IMG/VR virus record: IMGVR_UViG_3300033480_000005
Span: 1-44,492 of that record
DNA: 44,492 bases
Direction: 5' to 3' (one strand)
Source of the DNA: a virus
Lineage: Duplodnaviria > Caudoviricetes
Shown: in pieces, positions 16,667 to 25,938 of the stretch
How positions within the stretch are numbered: position 1 is the first letter of the stretch
Layout of the letters: every line of letters starts with the position of its first letter
Translations under genes and position numbers: made by a program
The notes under the pieces: generated by a model
What the model saw: only the letters and a program-made list of their open reading frames with translations
The model's database searches: none
Told to the model about the DNA's origin: nothing

Positions 16667-18824
16667 TGATGTATGGAATCCATTTACTTAGGGTACTGTC
16701 GTAAATCAACTCAACCATATCAGGGCCAGTATCACTTAGAACAGTGCCCCTGTAGATATTCCCAGAGGTTCCAAGGGTGACATCGCCTGATCCCGGCGTC
16801 GGCCTAATCAGAATTATTTGTTCGTTGCTACCTCCTGTTATCGTTTGTAAGGTTCCCGTGTTCGATATCACCACGTAATGAGTATCATGATCGATCGTGA
16901 TTTCATTGCTTGCAATTGCTCTGGAAACTTTCCCGGATGCTACGATAAGTCCTGTTATGCTAAGACTTCTAACGGTGGGATCTCCGGCCTTGGTAACATA
17001 CCAAGTCGAAGAAGTACCCTCTACGTCGTAGCCAGTTCCGGAGTTGGAAATGTAGAGTGCAGAGCCAGCGCCAGCGCCTACCTTGTCGATTTCAAGGCCA
17101 ATTTGGTTGGCATTCTGGACGAAAGCCACACTTGGAGAATTACCATCTTGGTTGACCCTGAATGCGATACCGGCTCCATCCTGGTGAATGTTCAATCCAT
17201 CGCCCGTACCGTCGTTATGGATGCTTAGGGCATCGCCCGCACCCGCACCCGTCTTGGTAAGGGTGGCTACGGAATTGTTTGTTGACTGAGAAACCGTCAG
17301 TCCTGCGGCGGCTCCCGTCTGCGTCACATTGAGGCCGACTTCAGCCGCTTCATTCGTTATCGAGATCGCACCCACATCACCCAACTTACCCGCCGCATTC
17401 CTATTGCCACGTTGGATGCAGGTCTTGGGAATGTCATTGATTTCGGTGGTAGCCCCGGTGATGTAGTTGTTTGAGATGAGCCCTACGGCCGTGGTCGTTG
17501 CCGAGCTGCGAATTCCATTCGTTGAGCCTGAACCCTTGATTGAATTCCCCTGGATGTTCATGTATCCAGAGGTGGTCTCGACAAGGATTCCGTAAGTGAA
17601 TGCGCTATCGATGTTGTTCGATGAAACGGTGACATCCGAGCCATCATTGACCCAGATGGCTACCTTATCCGTGCCCGTGTCCCCGCAGTTTTTCAGGGTG
17701 TTGTCCAGGATGGCCAGCAAGGTTGACTGAACAGCGATGCCGTAATTGTTGCAATCGTTAAAGTGGTTCCCAATGATCTTGGTATTTATCGCGCTTTCAA
17801 TACCTATTCCGTTGTCGCAATCAGTGATAACGTTATTTTCAATTAGGGTGTTGGTAGGATAATAGGTAGTCGTTTCACTGACGTAAATACCGTCATTGAG
17901 CCAATTCTTTATCGTGTTGTCGTTGCAGTGAACATCCGTGCAGCCGATGAACTTTATCCCATGGCTGGCCGGATATGTGGGACTACCCACCCCAGGTCCG
18001 GTGATTCGGTTGTTACTTACGAAAACGTTAGAATGCCGAACGAGGTAAACGCCGTGTTGCCCGGCTGCTCCTATCGAAAAAGTGTTGTTATAAATATGAA
18101 CATCACTGGCAATCGAACCGCTGATACCTATGCAGTTCAGGGTAGGACCGAAATAATTATCATGGATGTAAATCCTACTGCATTGGGTTGATGCAGCGGG
18201 ATTGATTTCAATCGCAGAAACCGTGTTGGTGATTGCATCGGTCTGAAACTGGAACCCGCATATTTCAATGTCAGTGAGACCAGCCCCGATTGGGAAAATG
18301 TAGTTCGTGGTCGAGTATTGCTTAATGCAAGGATACCCGATGCCTACGATCTTGATGTTTGAGTGCCCAATCGAGCAATCGCCATTGACCTTGTAAAAAG
18401 AGGAGGCCCTAGGGACGATGAGCATCCCACCGGTTGCCGCAGCAATCGCCGCGACAAATGCGGCGGTGTCATCCGTGGAACCATCCCCCACCGCGCCATA
18501 GGCCCTTACGTCGACATATGGAATCGGTCCTCTGAGTTGTAATCCTCCGGTCCCGTTGATTTCTACCGGTCCGTCATCAGCATTGATGGCATGGTTCCCG
18601 TCATAGGCTGTGTCGAGTGTTGCGGAACCCGAGGTCAACGAAAGCGCTCCGGCACCGTTCGAGTACATGTATCCGGCTGCATCGGCTGCGGGTAGGGTCC
18701 AGACTACATCGCCGGCCAATGAATCAGGTGCCTTGATTGCGAGTTTGCTTGACCCATTGGCCAACAATTCGTAGAACTCTATCCGGCCGCCGTTCGTGAC
18801 CTTCAGGTAACGCCCTGCACTCAT
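16659..18824 (-). CDS. Tailspike/fibre with right-handed beta-helix (pectate_lyase_3-like) domain
   Basis: VDVRAYGAVGDGSTDDTAAF motif, followed by many Ix(D/N)Nx(F/I) parallel beta-helix repeats. Confidence 0.88.
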   Translation of the reverse strand: MSAGRYLKVTNGGRIEFYELLANGSSKLAIKAPDSLAGDVVWTLPAADAAGYMYSNGAGALSLTSGSATLDTAYDGNHAINADDGPVEINGTGGLQLRGPIPYVDVRAYGAVGDGSTDDTAAFVAAIAAATGGMLIVPRASSFYKVNGDCSIGHSNIKIVGIGYPCIKQYSTTNYIFPIGAGLTDIEICGFQFQTDAITNTVSAIEINPAASTQCSRIYIHDNYFGPTLNCIGISGSIASDVHIYNNTFSIGAAGQHGVYLVRHSNVFVSNNRITGPGVGSPTYPASHGIKFIGCTDVHCNDNTIKNWLNDGIYVSETTTYYPTNTLIENNVITDCDNGIGIESAINTKIIGNHFNDCNNYGIAVQSTLLAILDNTLKNCGDTGTDKVAIWVNDGSDVTVSSNNIDSAFTYGILVETTSGYMNIQGNSIKGSGSTNGIRSSATTTAVGLISNNYITGATTEINDIPKTCIQRGNRNAAGKLGDVGAISITNEAAEVGLNVTQTGAAAGLTVSQSTNNSVATLTKTGAGAGDALSIHNDGTGDGLNIHQDGAGIAFRVNQDGNSPSVAFVQNANQIGLEIDKVGAGAGSALYISNSGTGYDVEGTSSTWYVTKAGDPTVRSLSITGLIVASGKVSRAIASNEITIDHDTHYVVISNTGTLQTITGGSNEQIILIRPTPGSGDVTLGTSGNIYRGTVLSDTGPDMVELIYDSTLSKWIPYINA

Positions 18825-19087
18825 CCCACTACCCTCAATTTACCGGTTGTGGCGTTGAATGACATCTTGATGACTTGGTTTCCATCTATGCAAGTGCCAT
18901 ACGTCCCGGACCCTGCAATGGGATCGGCAATCCTCAACGCATGAAGTGCTGGAACATACAACGCCTTGATGATGTGGTTGGCGTCAATCTTGAGACCCTT
19001 TACCACGTCCGGATCGGTATACGTTACACGAAGGGCGTGCGCCGTTGGGTCGTAGCAGTCTTTTATGATCTGTGCGGCGTCAATCAT
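18821..19087 (-). CDS. Small virion protein, paralog 3 (three repeat units)
   Basis: IDAAQIIKDCYDP...ALRV / IDANHIIKALYVP...ALRI / IDGNQVIKMSFN...KLRVV. Confidence 0.8.
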   Translation of the reverse strand: MIDAAQIIKDCYDPTAHALRVTYTDPDVVKGLKIDANHIIKALYVPALHALRIADPIAGSGTYGTCIDGNQVIKMSFNATTGKLRVVG

Positions 19088-19338
19088 ACAAACACCACTC
19101 GGATTGCAGCATTGGTGGGATCATAGATCTTTTGCCAAACCTGATTTTCGTCGATGTGCGTCCCATGGGTTCCACTTGCAGTCCCGGCATCCACGCATTT
19201 GATTCCCTTGTTCGTGGCGTCATAGACCTTCTTGAGAACCTGATCCTTGCTCATACGAGTCCCGTAATTTACCGATGAGGCGGGCAACGAAAAGGCTAAG
19301 GCACCTTGCCCTTGCATGAGGATTAAAGGATGCGCCAT
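19084..19338 (-). CDS. Small virion protein, paralog 2 (two repeat units)
   Basis: Closely similar to 19340-19549 (LPAS..NYGT.M.K.QVLK.VYDAT.KG.KCVDAG.ASG..GT.ID.NQVW..I.DP.N.AIRVV). Confidence 0.85.
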   Translation of the reverse strand: MAHPLILMQGQGALAFSLPASSVNYGTRMSKDQVLKKVYDATNKGIKCVDAGTASGTHGTHIDENQVWQKIYDPTNAAIRVVFV

Positions 19339-19339
19339 A

Positions 19340-19549
19340 TTACACCGCCACCACTCGTATAGCCGAGTTGTCAGGGTCGAAGATCATTTTCCATACTTGG
19401 TTTGCATCAATCGACGTGCCGAAGTCGCCTGAAGCAACGCCAGCATCCACACACTTAACGCCTTTCTTCGTTGCGTCGTAGACTGTTTTTAGGACTTGGT
19501 TTTTGTCCATCTTCGTTCCGTAGTTGGCCGATGCTGCCGGAAGTGCCAT
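19340..19549 (-). CDS. Small virion protein, paralog 1 (two repeat units)
   Basis: Tandem duplicate of 19084-19338; TAATG coupling to the upstream gene. Confidence 0.85.
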   Translation of the reverse strand: MALPAASANYGTKMDKNQVLKTVYDATKKGVKCVDAGVASGDFGTSIDANQVWKMIFDPDNSAIRVVAV

Positions 19550-20733
19550 TACACACTCGTGGGATCAATTGCCGTTACGGGGTTGCCAGCGGTCTTGGTG
19601 ACTACCGCAGTCCAGCTTGCAGTCGAATCGTTTTCCTTGTAAACGGTCATGTCCGTCCCGGAGATCGCCAGTTTGTTGCGAAGCGCTCGTAATGCCTGAA
19701 GCGGAGTCCTTCTCGTTTCCGAGCTGGTATCGGAGACATCCGACATGTCACGGTCGAGATGCTCATCTGCTATTTTGCGAGCTCCGTCGGTTGCAATCGA
19801 ACCAGCATCAATAGCGCCATCGGCAATCGCTGCGGCATTGATTGCACCAGCGGCAAAGGTCGCAGCCGCAATACCCCCTGCGGCGATAGACCCAACCGAA
19901 CCCGTTACATTTCCGCCAACGTTTCCGGTGACGTTTCCACCGACGTTTCCCGTAACGCTGCCAACTGCTCCAACGACCGAGGCAACCGAGCCCCCAACGT
20001 TGCCGGTGACTGCCGCCACCGTGGCACCTGCCGTATGCGCATCTGCCGAAACCTTCACTCGCGCATCGGTCCCAAGTTGGATTTCCGCGTCCGTAGACGT
20101 GATATTGTCCGGACCCGTAAGTGTGCGATTGGTATAAGCCCACACGTCAGCCGTGGTGGCCAACGTAGGCAATGCGCCTGAATTCCAGTTGACGACATTT
20201 GCCTGGGCAACACCAGAAGCGGTAGCTATTTCTCCCGTTCCGGTTCCCGACTTAACCGTTACCTTGGGGTACCCTGCCGTGTCAGCCGCGGCCAAGGCCG
20301 TACCCTTCCATCCATGAGCATCCACCTTGGGGCATCCGTTGATGTCGGTGGCAATAACGGCATTCCCAGTCCATTGAGTGACATCGGCCTGGACCGTATC
20401 CGTTCCACCGATCAAGGAATCGTAAATGTTCGCCGGGACAACCATGCACTCTTGCCACACGGGCAATGCTCCGGCCATCGCCACTTGAACTTTTAGATTC
20501 CCCACCGTGCCTGTATCAGTAGTGGTAAGAGGAATTGGGTACCATCCATCGGCATCATAAGTAGTCGTTGGGGAAGCAGCGGAAGTCTGGGCGAAGGCTC
20601 CCCCATTTTTCGAAATCTGGATGTCCGCCTGTGCGATGGTCAATCCGGCCTCTGCGGTTTTGCCATCCGTGTCATCGAGGAACGGACCCATTTTCAAGAT
20701 AACTGCCGTGCTTTGCTTAATCCAAAGACTCAT
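19549..20733 (-). CDS. Virion accessory/fibre-like structural protein
   Basis: N-terminal GPF.D.TDG.T...GLTI..ADI.ISKNGGAF domain; VTGNVGG(N/S) heptad repeats; AIxAAAIAxGAI repeats. Confidence 0.75.
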   Translation of the reverse strand: MSLWIKQSTAVILKMGPFLDDTDGKTAEAGLTIAQADIQISKNGGAFAQTSAASPTTTYDADGWYPIPLTTTDTGTVGNLKVQVAMAGALPVWQECMVVPANIYDSLIGGTDTVQADVTQWTGNAVIATDINGCPKVDAHGWKGTALAAADTAGYPKVTVKSGTGTGEIATASGVAQANVVNWNSGALPTLATTADVWAYTNRTLTGPDNITSTDAEIQLGTDARVKVSADAHTAGATVAAVTGNVGGSVASVVGAVGSVTGNVGGNVTGNVGGNVTGSVGSIAAGGIAAATFAAGAINAAAIADGAIDAGSIATDGARKIADEHLDRDMSDVSDTSSETRRTPLQALRALRNKLAISGTDMTVYKENDSTASWTAVVTKTAGNPVTAIDPTSV

Positions 20734-21977
20734 GCCGAGAACCTCCTACGGTAAGAAGCCATTTTGCACGGCACGGCATTACCACCGGCCGCCGGTGTTG
20801 CACCCATTGCCAAATAACATATTTGACGAGCCGTCGCGTCAGCCGTACCCCATGTCAGGGTAAATCCATCGGAATCCAACGTCTTGAGTTCAGCCGAAGA
20901 TTCGAGTGTTGGAGTACCAGGGGTGAAACTTTTGAAAATCTCGGTTCGATCCAAATCAGAATCGCATATCGTGGTTGCTTGATTGTCGGTTTCACCTGCC
21001 CAAATGCATCCACGAGCGGTTACAGATGTCCCTATTCCTATCGTCCTTCGGCTATTGGCCTGGAACCCGGTGGCTGCCACGGCCCCAAAACTCGTTAGGA
21101 ACAGGATAGCCGGAGTGAAACCTACTCCAGTGGTGGCTTGGTCTCCGGTGGATGTTGCTTGGTTGATGGCACCAACCTTATACGATCCACCTTTGAGGGC
21201 GAGGAAGAGGAATCCATTTGTGACCGTAGCCGATGCGGAATAGCTCAAAGTGAATCCATCCGCATCCATAGAAGTCAACGTCGCTTCAATGGGAACGGTT
21301 TCGGAGCTGGTGGAAGGGACCGCTACGCATGAGGCAGTTCTTTGATACCCCTTGGCGCTAGAAACGTCGGATCTTCCATTTTCCGCTCGATTGCATGAAA
21401 CCCAATTCGCCGAACCGGTGAACGCAAACATGCTGCAATTCTGCCCGGTGGAAGGAGAGGTGTTCGGAGCCGTTCCACATGCCATTCCGAGCACACAATC
21501 CGGCTGAAACCCAACTCCCGTTATCGAGCTACTACCAGCAGAGGCCGGCGAGGTGAATGTCCCACAATAGACATTCGAGATATCCGTTCCCCCGAGGGCT
21601 AAGTAATTAACGATCCTGGAATTTGTTGCGTCAGCCGTAGTGTTGTTGATCGTGAAGCCATCGGCATCTAACGATACGAGATCGGCGACGGCATTTGCCG
21701 TTGTGGACGTGAATAATGCAATGATCCTATCCGTGCGGAGGATTCTGCGGCATGCCGTCGGATCTTGCGCATCAAGCGAGGCAGTCCAGATACAACCTCT
21801 TGCCGTGCTGGATGTCCCCATACCATACATGGTGCCTGAAGACGCCACACTTCCATCGGCCGTTAGGTGGTTCCCTAAGAAGATGATGGCCTTCGGCTGG
21901 AATCCGACACCGGTAACCGATTGATTCCCGGTTGTAGTTGCCAGCGCGAACGAGCCTACCTTTGCAGACCAAGCCAT
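20730..21977 (-). CDS. Virion structural protein with three internal domain repeats
   Basis: TGVGF(Q/T)P and (S/T)(L/M)D(A/S)DGFT each occur three times at about 130-aa spacing. Confidence 0.8.
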   Translation of the reverse strand: MAWSAKVGSFALATTTGNQSVTGVGFQPKAIIFLGNHLTADGSVASSGTMYGMGTSSTARGCIWTASLDAQDPTACRRILRTDRIIALFTSTTANAVADLVSLDADGFTINNTTADATNSRIVNYLALGGTDISNVYCGTFTSPASAGSSSITGVGFQPDCVLGMACGTAPNTSPSTGQNCSMFAFTGSANWVSCNRAENGRSDVSSAKGYQRTASCVAVPSTSSETVPIEATLTSMDADGFTLSYSASATVTNGFLFLALKGGSYKVGAINQATSTGDQATTGVGFTPAILFLTSFGAVAATGFQANSRRTIGIGTSVTARGCIWAGETDNQATTICDSDLDRTEIFKSFTPGTPTLESSAELKTLDSDGFTLTWGTADATARQICYLAMGATPAAGGNAVPCKMASYRRRFSA

Positions 21978-21978
21978 T

Positions 21979-24876
21979 TCAACTCCTCAAGAACATGCAC
22001 AGTTTTTCGTTGCTCGGGGGCTGCGGAACCACGTAATTCACGGCGAATGGGTATACGCTCGACCAATCCGACCAAAGGCCATTTGTTCCTCTTGAGGCCG
22101 CACGCCAGTAGTAGGCCCCATTTGCAATCGTTTCAGTCTTGGACGAGGAGACTAAAGCAGTTTCATTAACAACCGTAGTAGCGAAGTCTGAAACTTCGGA
22201 TACCTGCATTTTGAAGAGGTCTACATCCCCGGTGAAATCCCAATCGAAGACCACGGTGTTCGAAGTAAGGATTTGTCCGTTGGAAGGGGCTACCAGATTT
22301 GGAGGATCAGGAGCCGTAGGCGTCGGAGGTGGAATAGTTCCATCCTCGTAGATTTGGAAGGTCCCTCCCCCGGTCGACGTGAAGTACAGGACTCCATCCA
22401 CTAGCGCTTGTGCAGACCATTTCCTTGTTCCACCCTGATCCACGCTATAGGTTTTGGTTCCATCCAGATCACAAATGACGTGATCCATGGGCAATGTGAG
22501 GATGGTCGTCGCCGTATAGGTCACCGAAGTTTCAGCGGGGACAGAGGCATATTGCTTGGAAAAGGCCGCTATTTTGCCTCGAATGGGATCCTTGATCTCA
22601 ACCACATGCATGGTTGAGGCCAGATAGTCAATAGTGTTGGCCGAAGGCGTTATTGAAGCCTTGGCCGCCTCTATGACGTTAAGGAAAGTTTCCTGAAGGT
22701 TGGCATTCGTGGAAGGTTCGATGTCGAGGTAGTAAGCCCCGCAATTGAATGCGCCATCCTCTTCAAGACTGCCATTCGGGTTTGTCAGATCGTTAGCCGG
22801 TACTCCACCTGGTGTATACGTCCCGTCATCCGACTCGAATTCATGGCCAGTTCCACCAACCTTGGTTATGACCGGGGAAGTAGGAAGCAAGCACTTTACG
22901 AATGCCTTGCCATCCGCACCCCATGCAGTCCCGTACGGATTTATGTCGGTCCCGTAATTTACCCCATCATAGGGATCATCAAGCGGGGTGTTAGGATAGA
23001 CTGAATTGTTGACGTTGTTGAAAGTCAGAAGAGTTGAATCTGAAGTCTGGTAGTGGCCAGTTGGACTTGTCCTTGTGTAGCCATTCCAGGACGTTATTTC
23101 ACTCCATGAACCATCGCAAAGGCAATCATAGGCGAATGCTAATTCCCAACGTTTCCTAATATGGTTGTTGGGGACAACGCATTTGTCGAGGATGACCACG
23201 TAGTCAGGTTGGGAACGAGAAGGACCACGAAATACGACGTAGTAACGATAATAACTAGTCAGGACTGTATCGCTGACATCGCGTGTGAAGTCCCACGCAA
23301 CCGCATTGATTCCGGCGGTATCGTTCCGATACTTAGGCCCTAACTCGTAGAACAAACGTTTATTCGAGGAAAGGTAGACGCTGAGATCTGTTGAACTGGA
23401 TGTCTGCCCCTGAAACCCGAAAGTGCTCACAATCGGGGTTACATTAGCATCCGTGAACCTCATCTCACAGTTCCGGAAGTCCATCTTGGAATCTTTGGTT
23501 GTAGCCTTCCGGAAGAAGATTGGTCCGTATTTGTGAAGCGAAAATCCCCTCGGTCTTACTCGAGGATTCCCCCATGAATGGTTATCCAGGCAGTAAAGGG
23601 GCGCTCCGATTTGGATTGAGGTGTCGGATACGTTCTGCCCGAATCCCGTTCGAATGGAGTAGATCCCATTTCCGAAGTAGAAGGATTTAGGAATCCCTGC
23701 ATCTGGGGGTGTGATTGGAGTTACTCCCCGATCTCCAAGAATGAATTCGGGGAGTAAGTTGTAAAGAGCATAGTCCGTTGCCGACCCGTCAGGTTCATAC
23801 CCGACTTGATTCGCATGCCATCGAGACACTCCGGACATCGTCGCATTCGTGTCCTTCAACGCGCCGGATAAGAAACGAATTATTTTCGCGTCCAGCGCGG
23901 TGTTGGCGTGCGTTTCTCCCCATTGTCCCTGCCGAGCTGCATCAATCGGCCGTGCGAAATGAGAATTCCAAACCGGCCTGTATTGGTAGAATGTTCCGGC
24001 CCATGGGTAATCAGGCGATACAGCCCCAGGGTTAGAAACCTCGCTGAAGTAGTTCTTATTCGTCGCAGTAACCCATGCATGCAGCATGTAGAGGAATCGC
24101 CTATGATGCCACGAGGCGTAGTATCCAATCTCGGAATCACATCCACCACCGTTACGAGCAACCCAATTGATGGATGTCAATGCGCCATCATTACCAAGTA
24201 ACAACTTGGTGAAGATGTCCGCAATCTCGGATGCATCCGTGTCCCAGATCCCATCATTCATGATGGCGAGACCTGGTTCCCACATGAAAAGGCCTTCGAA
24301 TAACTTTGATCCGAAGAGGCCCTCGGGCTTACATGTCACGGGGATCATGTTGCTTTCATCGCCATTTGCGATGTTGTAAAGCCCGTAATCCTTGAGCCAG
24401 GTTGCTATTTCTAAACGTTGCTCGGGGGTTAATTCGGGGTAAAGCCAATCGTAGACACGAGCCACCGAAAGATGGCAATAGCTTTCGCCATAACTTTCGC
24501 CCGCATTCCCGATATACCGCGGCATGGAAAGAGCGCGGATTAAATCGAGAGTCCTACTTATAGCCCGATCCCTGAACTGAGCCCATGTGTGGTTAGTAAT
24601 CGTACCCAAACCCATCACATAGGCGAAGGCATACGACTGACCGTAAGGAAGAGTTACCGATCCTCCCTCCTGATCCCAAGTACGATTGAAAAACGTGTTG
24701 GAATCGAGAAGGTTAAGGAAGTACTGATAGGCAGAGGTTACAGGATATCTGGGCGTTGTTACTAAATAGGAAGTTTGGATTTTGGTGCGTAGAGCCGGCA
24801 GAGTCGCCGCGGTGAAATTGAGGCGCGGATGCTCCCCATTTGCCGCTGGTGATCCTGCCGGCGCTACATATGCCAT
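21979..24876 (-). CDS. Heparinase II/III-like polysaccharide lyase with C-terminal FN3/Ig-like domain
   Basis: HPRLxF N-terminus, A..YDWLY..LT.EQR helical toroid, YSIRTGF, F.L.KYG, YVVILD, F.NVI; Pro/Thr linker; P.L.AP.NG...FDW...Q.S...DF...YYWR...WSDWS. Confidence 0.75.
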   Translation of the reverse strand: MAYVAPAGSPAANGEHPRLNFTAATLPALRTKIQTSYLVTTPRYPVTSAYQYFLNLLDSNTFFNRTWDQEGGSVTLPYGQSYAFAYVMGLGTITNHTWAQFRDRAISRTLDLIRALSMPRYIGNAGESYGESYCHLSVARVYDWLYPELTPEQRLEIATWLKDYGLYNIANGDESNMIPVTCKPEGLFGSKLFEGLFMWEPGLAIMNDGIWDTDASEIADIFTKLLLGNDGALTSINWVARNGGGCDSEIGYYASWHHRRFLYMLHAWVTATNKNYFSEVSNPGAVSPDYPWAGTFYQYRPVWNSHFARPIDAARQGQWGETHANTALDAKIIRFLSGALKDTNATMSGVSRWHANQVGYEPDGSATDYALYNLLPEFILGDRGVTPITPPDAGIPKSFYFGNGIYSIRTGFGQNVSDTSIQIGAPLYCLDNHSWGNPRVRPRGFSLHKYGPIFFRKATTKDSKMDFRNCEMRFTDANVTPIVSTFGFQGQTSSSTDLSVYLSSNKRLFYELGPKYRNDTAGINAVAWDFTRDVSDTVLTSYYRYYVVFRGPSRSQPDYVVILDKCVVPNNHIRKRWELAFAYDCLCDGSWSEITSWNGYTRTSPTGHYQTSDSTLLTFNNVNNSVYPNTPLDDPYDGVNYGTDINPYGTAWGADGKAFVKCLLPTSPVITKVGGTGHEFESDDGTYTPGGVPANDLTNPNGSLEEDGAFNCGAYYLDIEPSTNANLQETFLNVIEAAKASITPSANTIDYLASTMHVVEIKDPIRGKIAAFSKQYASVPAETSVTYTATTILTLPMDHVICDLDGTKTYSVDQGGTRKWSAQALVDGVLYFTSTGGGTFQIYEDGTIPPPTPTAPDPPNLVAPSNGQILTSNTVVFDWDFTGDVDLFKMQVSEVSDFATTVVNETALVSSSKTETIANGAYYWRAASRGTNGLWSDWSSVYPFAVNYVVPQPPSNEKLCMFLRS

Positions 24877-24879
24877 TTG

Positions 24880-25458
24880 TTAGCTCGTCGCGGCCGTAAT
24901 CGGAATGTAATGGACCGTGACGCGAACCTTTCCAGTCGAGAACACGCCGGCTGCGGCCGTCATAAGAATAGCTATAGCCGTAGCGTTGACGTGTGGAGCG
25001 GTATATCCCGTTGCCCCAGATGTCAGCGAATTGACCGAAGTGGTATCCGCAATCGCAAGCGTTGTTCCGTACCTGTCGGTATCGCTTGTGACTCCAAGAC
25101 TCCAGGTTGTGAGCGACGCACCTGCAAGGATGGGATGCACGTAGGCCGTAACACCGATGACCTGGCAAAGTGCCGGAATCTGCATCGCCAGGGTAAGCGT
25201 TCCGGTACCGGTACCCGTTGCCGTTGCGCAGTCGACGAGTTCAGTTAAATACTTGATCCCGGCAACCTGCCCATTTGCGGCCGTTTGCGTGATGTTCCCG
25301 GTGAATGCACCTGTGGTTCCGCTCACGGCTCCCGTAGCCGCAACGGCACCCGAAACACCGCCAGTGAAAACTGGCGCATCCGTGAATTCGACATGTCCTC
25401 TCGACCCCTTATCGATATAATCGATTTGGGTCGTTTTCTTCGTACAATCAATTTTCAT
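24880..25458 (-). CDS. Probable capsid decoration/cement protein
   Basis: Just after the capsid gene; IPA...VIGV...V.....G...D.DRY...FSTGKVRV.V.Y beta-sandwich pattern. Confidence 0.6.
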   Translation of the reverse strand: MKIDCTKKTTQIDYIDKGSRGHVEFTDAPVFTGGVSGAVAATGAVSGTTGAFTGNITQTAANGQVAGIKYLTELVDCATATGTGTGTLTLAMQIPALCQVIGVTAYVHPILAGASLTTWSLGVTSDTDRYGTTLAIADTTSVNSLTSGATGYTAPHVNATAIAILMTAAAGVFSTGKVRVTVHYIPITAATS

Positions 25459-25895
25459 GAATTCCTTCCTTCTTCAACCCACAGAGCCAGGGTTGAATCC
25501 CATGTCAATGAAAGCCAATCGCCAAGGCCGCCAATCCAGGCCCCATTGAGCCTGGTACCGGCTGCGTCAAGAATGGTTACCGTGTTTGTGTCACTGGTCC
25601 CCATGAGTCGAAGCATTTCCCCCTGCGTCGTACCCGCTGCAATTGCCGTCACAACAGAAAGAGTTACCGCTCCTCCACTTCCTGATACGCGATGCCTGGC
25701 AGCCGTCCTCGTTAAAGTTGTTCCGGCTGCAAGTGCAGTTGTAGCTGAGGTGAGAACAGGAATACCTACCGAGGTGGCCATGGAATTCAAGGCCGTGGCC
25801 AAAGCGATGAGGAATGACCTAACGGTGGAGCCCCATCGTTTTTCCTTATTCTCCGGCAACTGATAGGTAACGCCGAAAAGGGTCGTAGGAATCAT
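25455..25895 (-). CDS. Small virion protein with fibre-type N-terminal anchor
   Basis: G.TY..P...E..WG..V N-terminus; start moved to ATG 25895, downstream of the post-capsid hairpin. Confidence 0.65.
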   Translation of the reverse strand: MIPTTLFGVTYQLPENKEKRWGSTVRSFLIALATALNSMATSVGIPVLTSATTALAAGTTLTRTAARHRVSGSGGAVTLSVVTAIAAGTTQGEMLRLMGTSDTNTVTILDAAGTRLNGAWIGGLGDWLSLTWDSTLALWVEEGRNS

Positions 25896-25902
25896 GTAGA
25901 AT

Positions 25903-25928
25903 CGGGTGGGGCTATTACACCCCACCCG
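25903..25928 (-). terminator. Stem-loop after the major capsid gene
   Basis: 9-bp stem CGGGTGGGG/CCCCACCCG about 10 nt past the stop; weak U tract. Confidence 0.6.
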
Positions 25929-25938
25929 TCCCTATGCA

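Noticed and set aside
18821-19549. Diversity-generating retroelement template/variable repeats
   Set aside because: No reverse transcriptase in the genome; the copies are intact paralogous genes, and the differences do not appear adenine-specific
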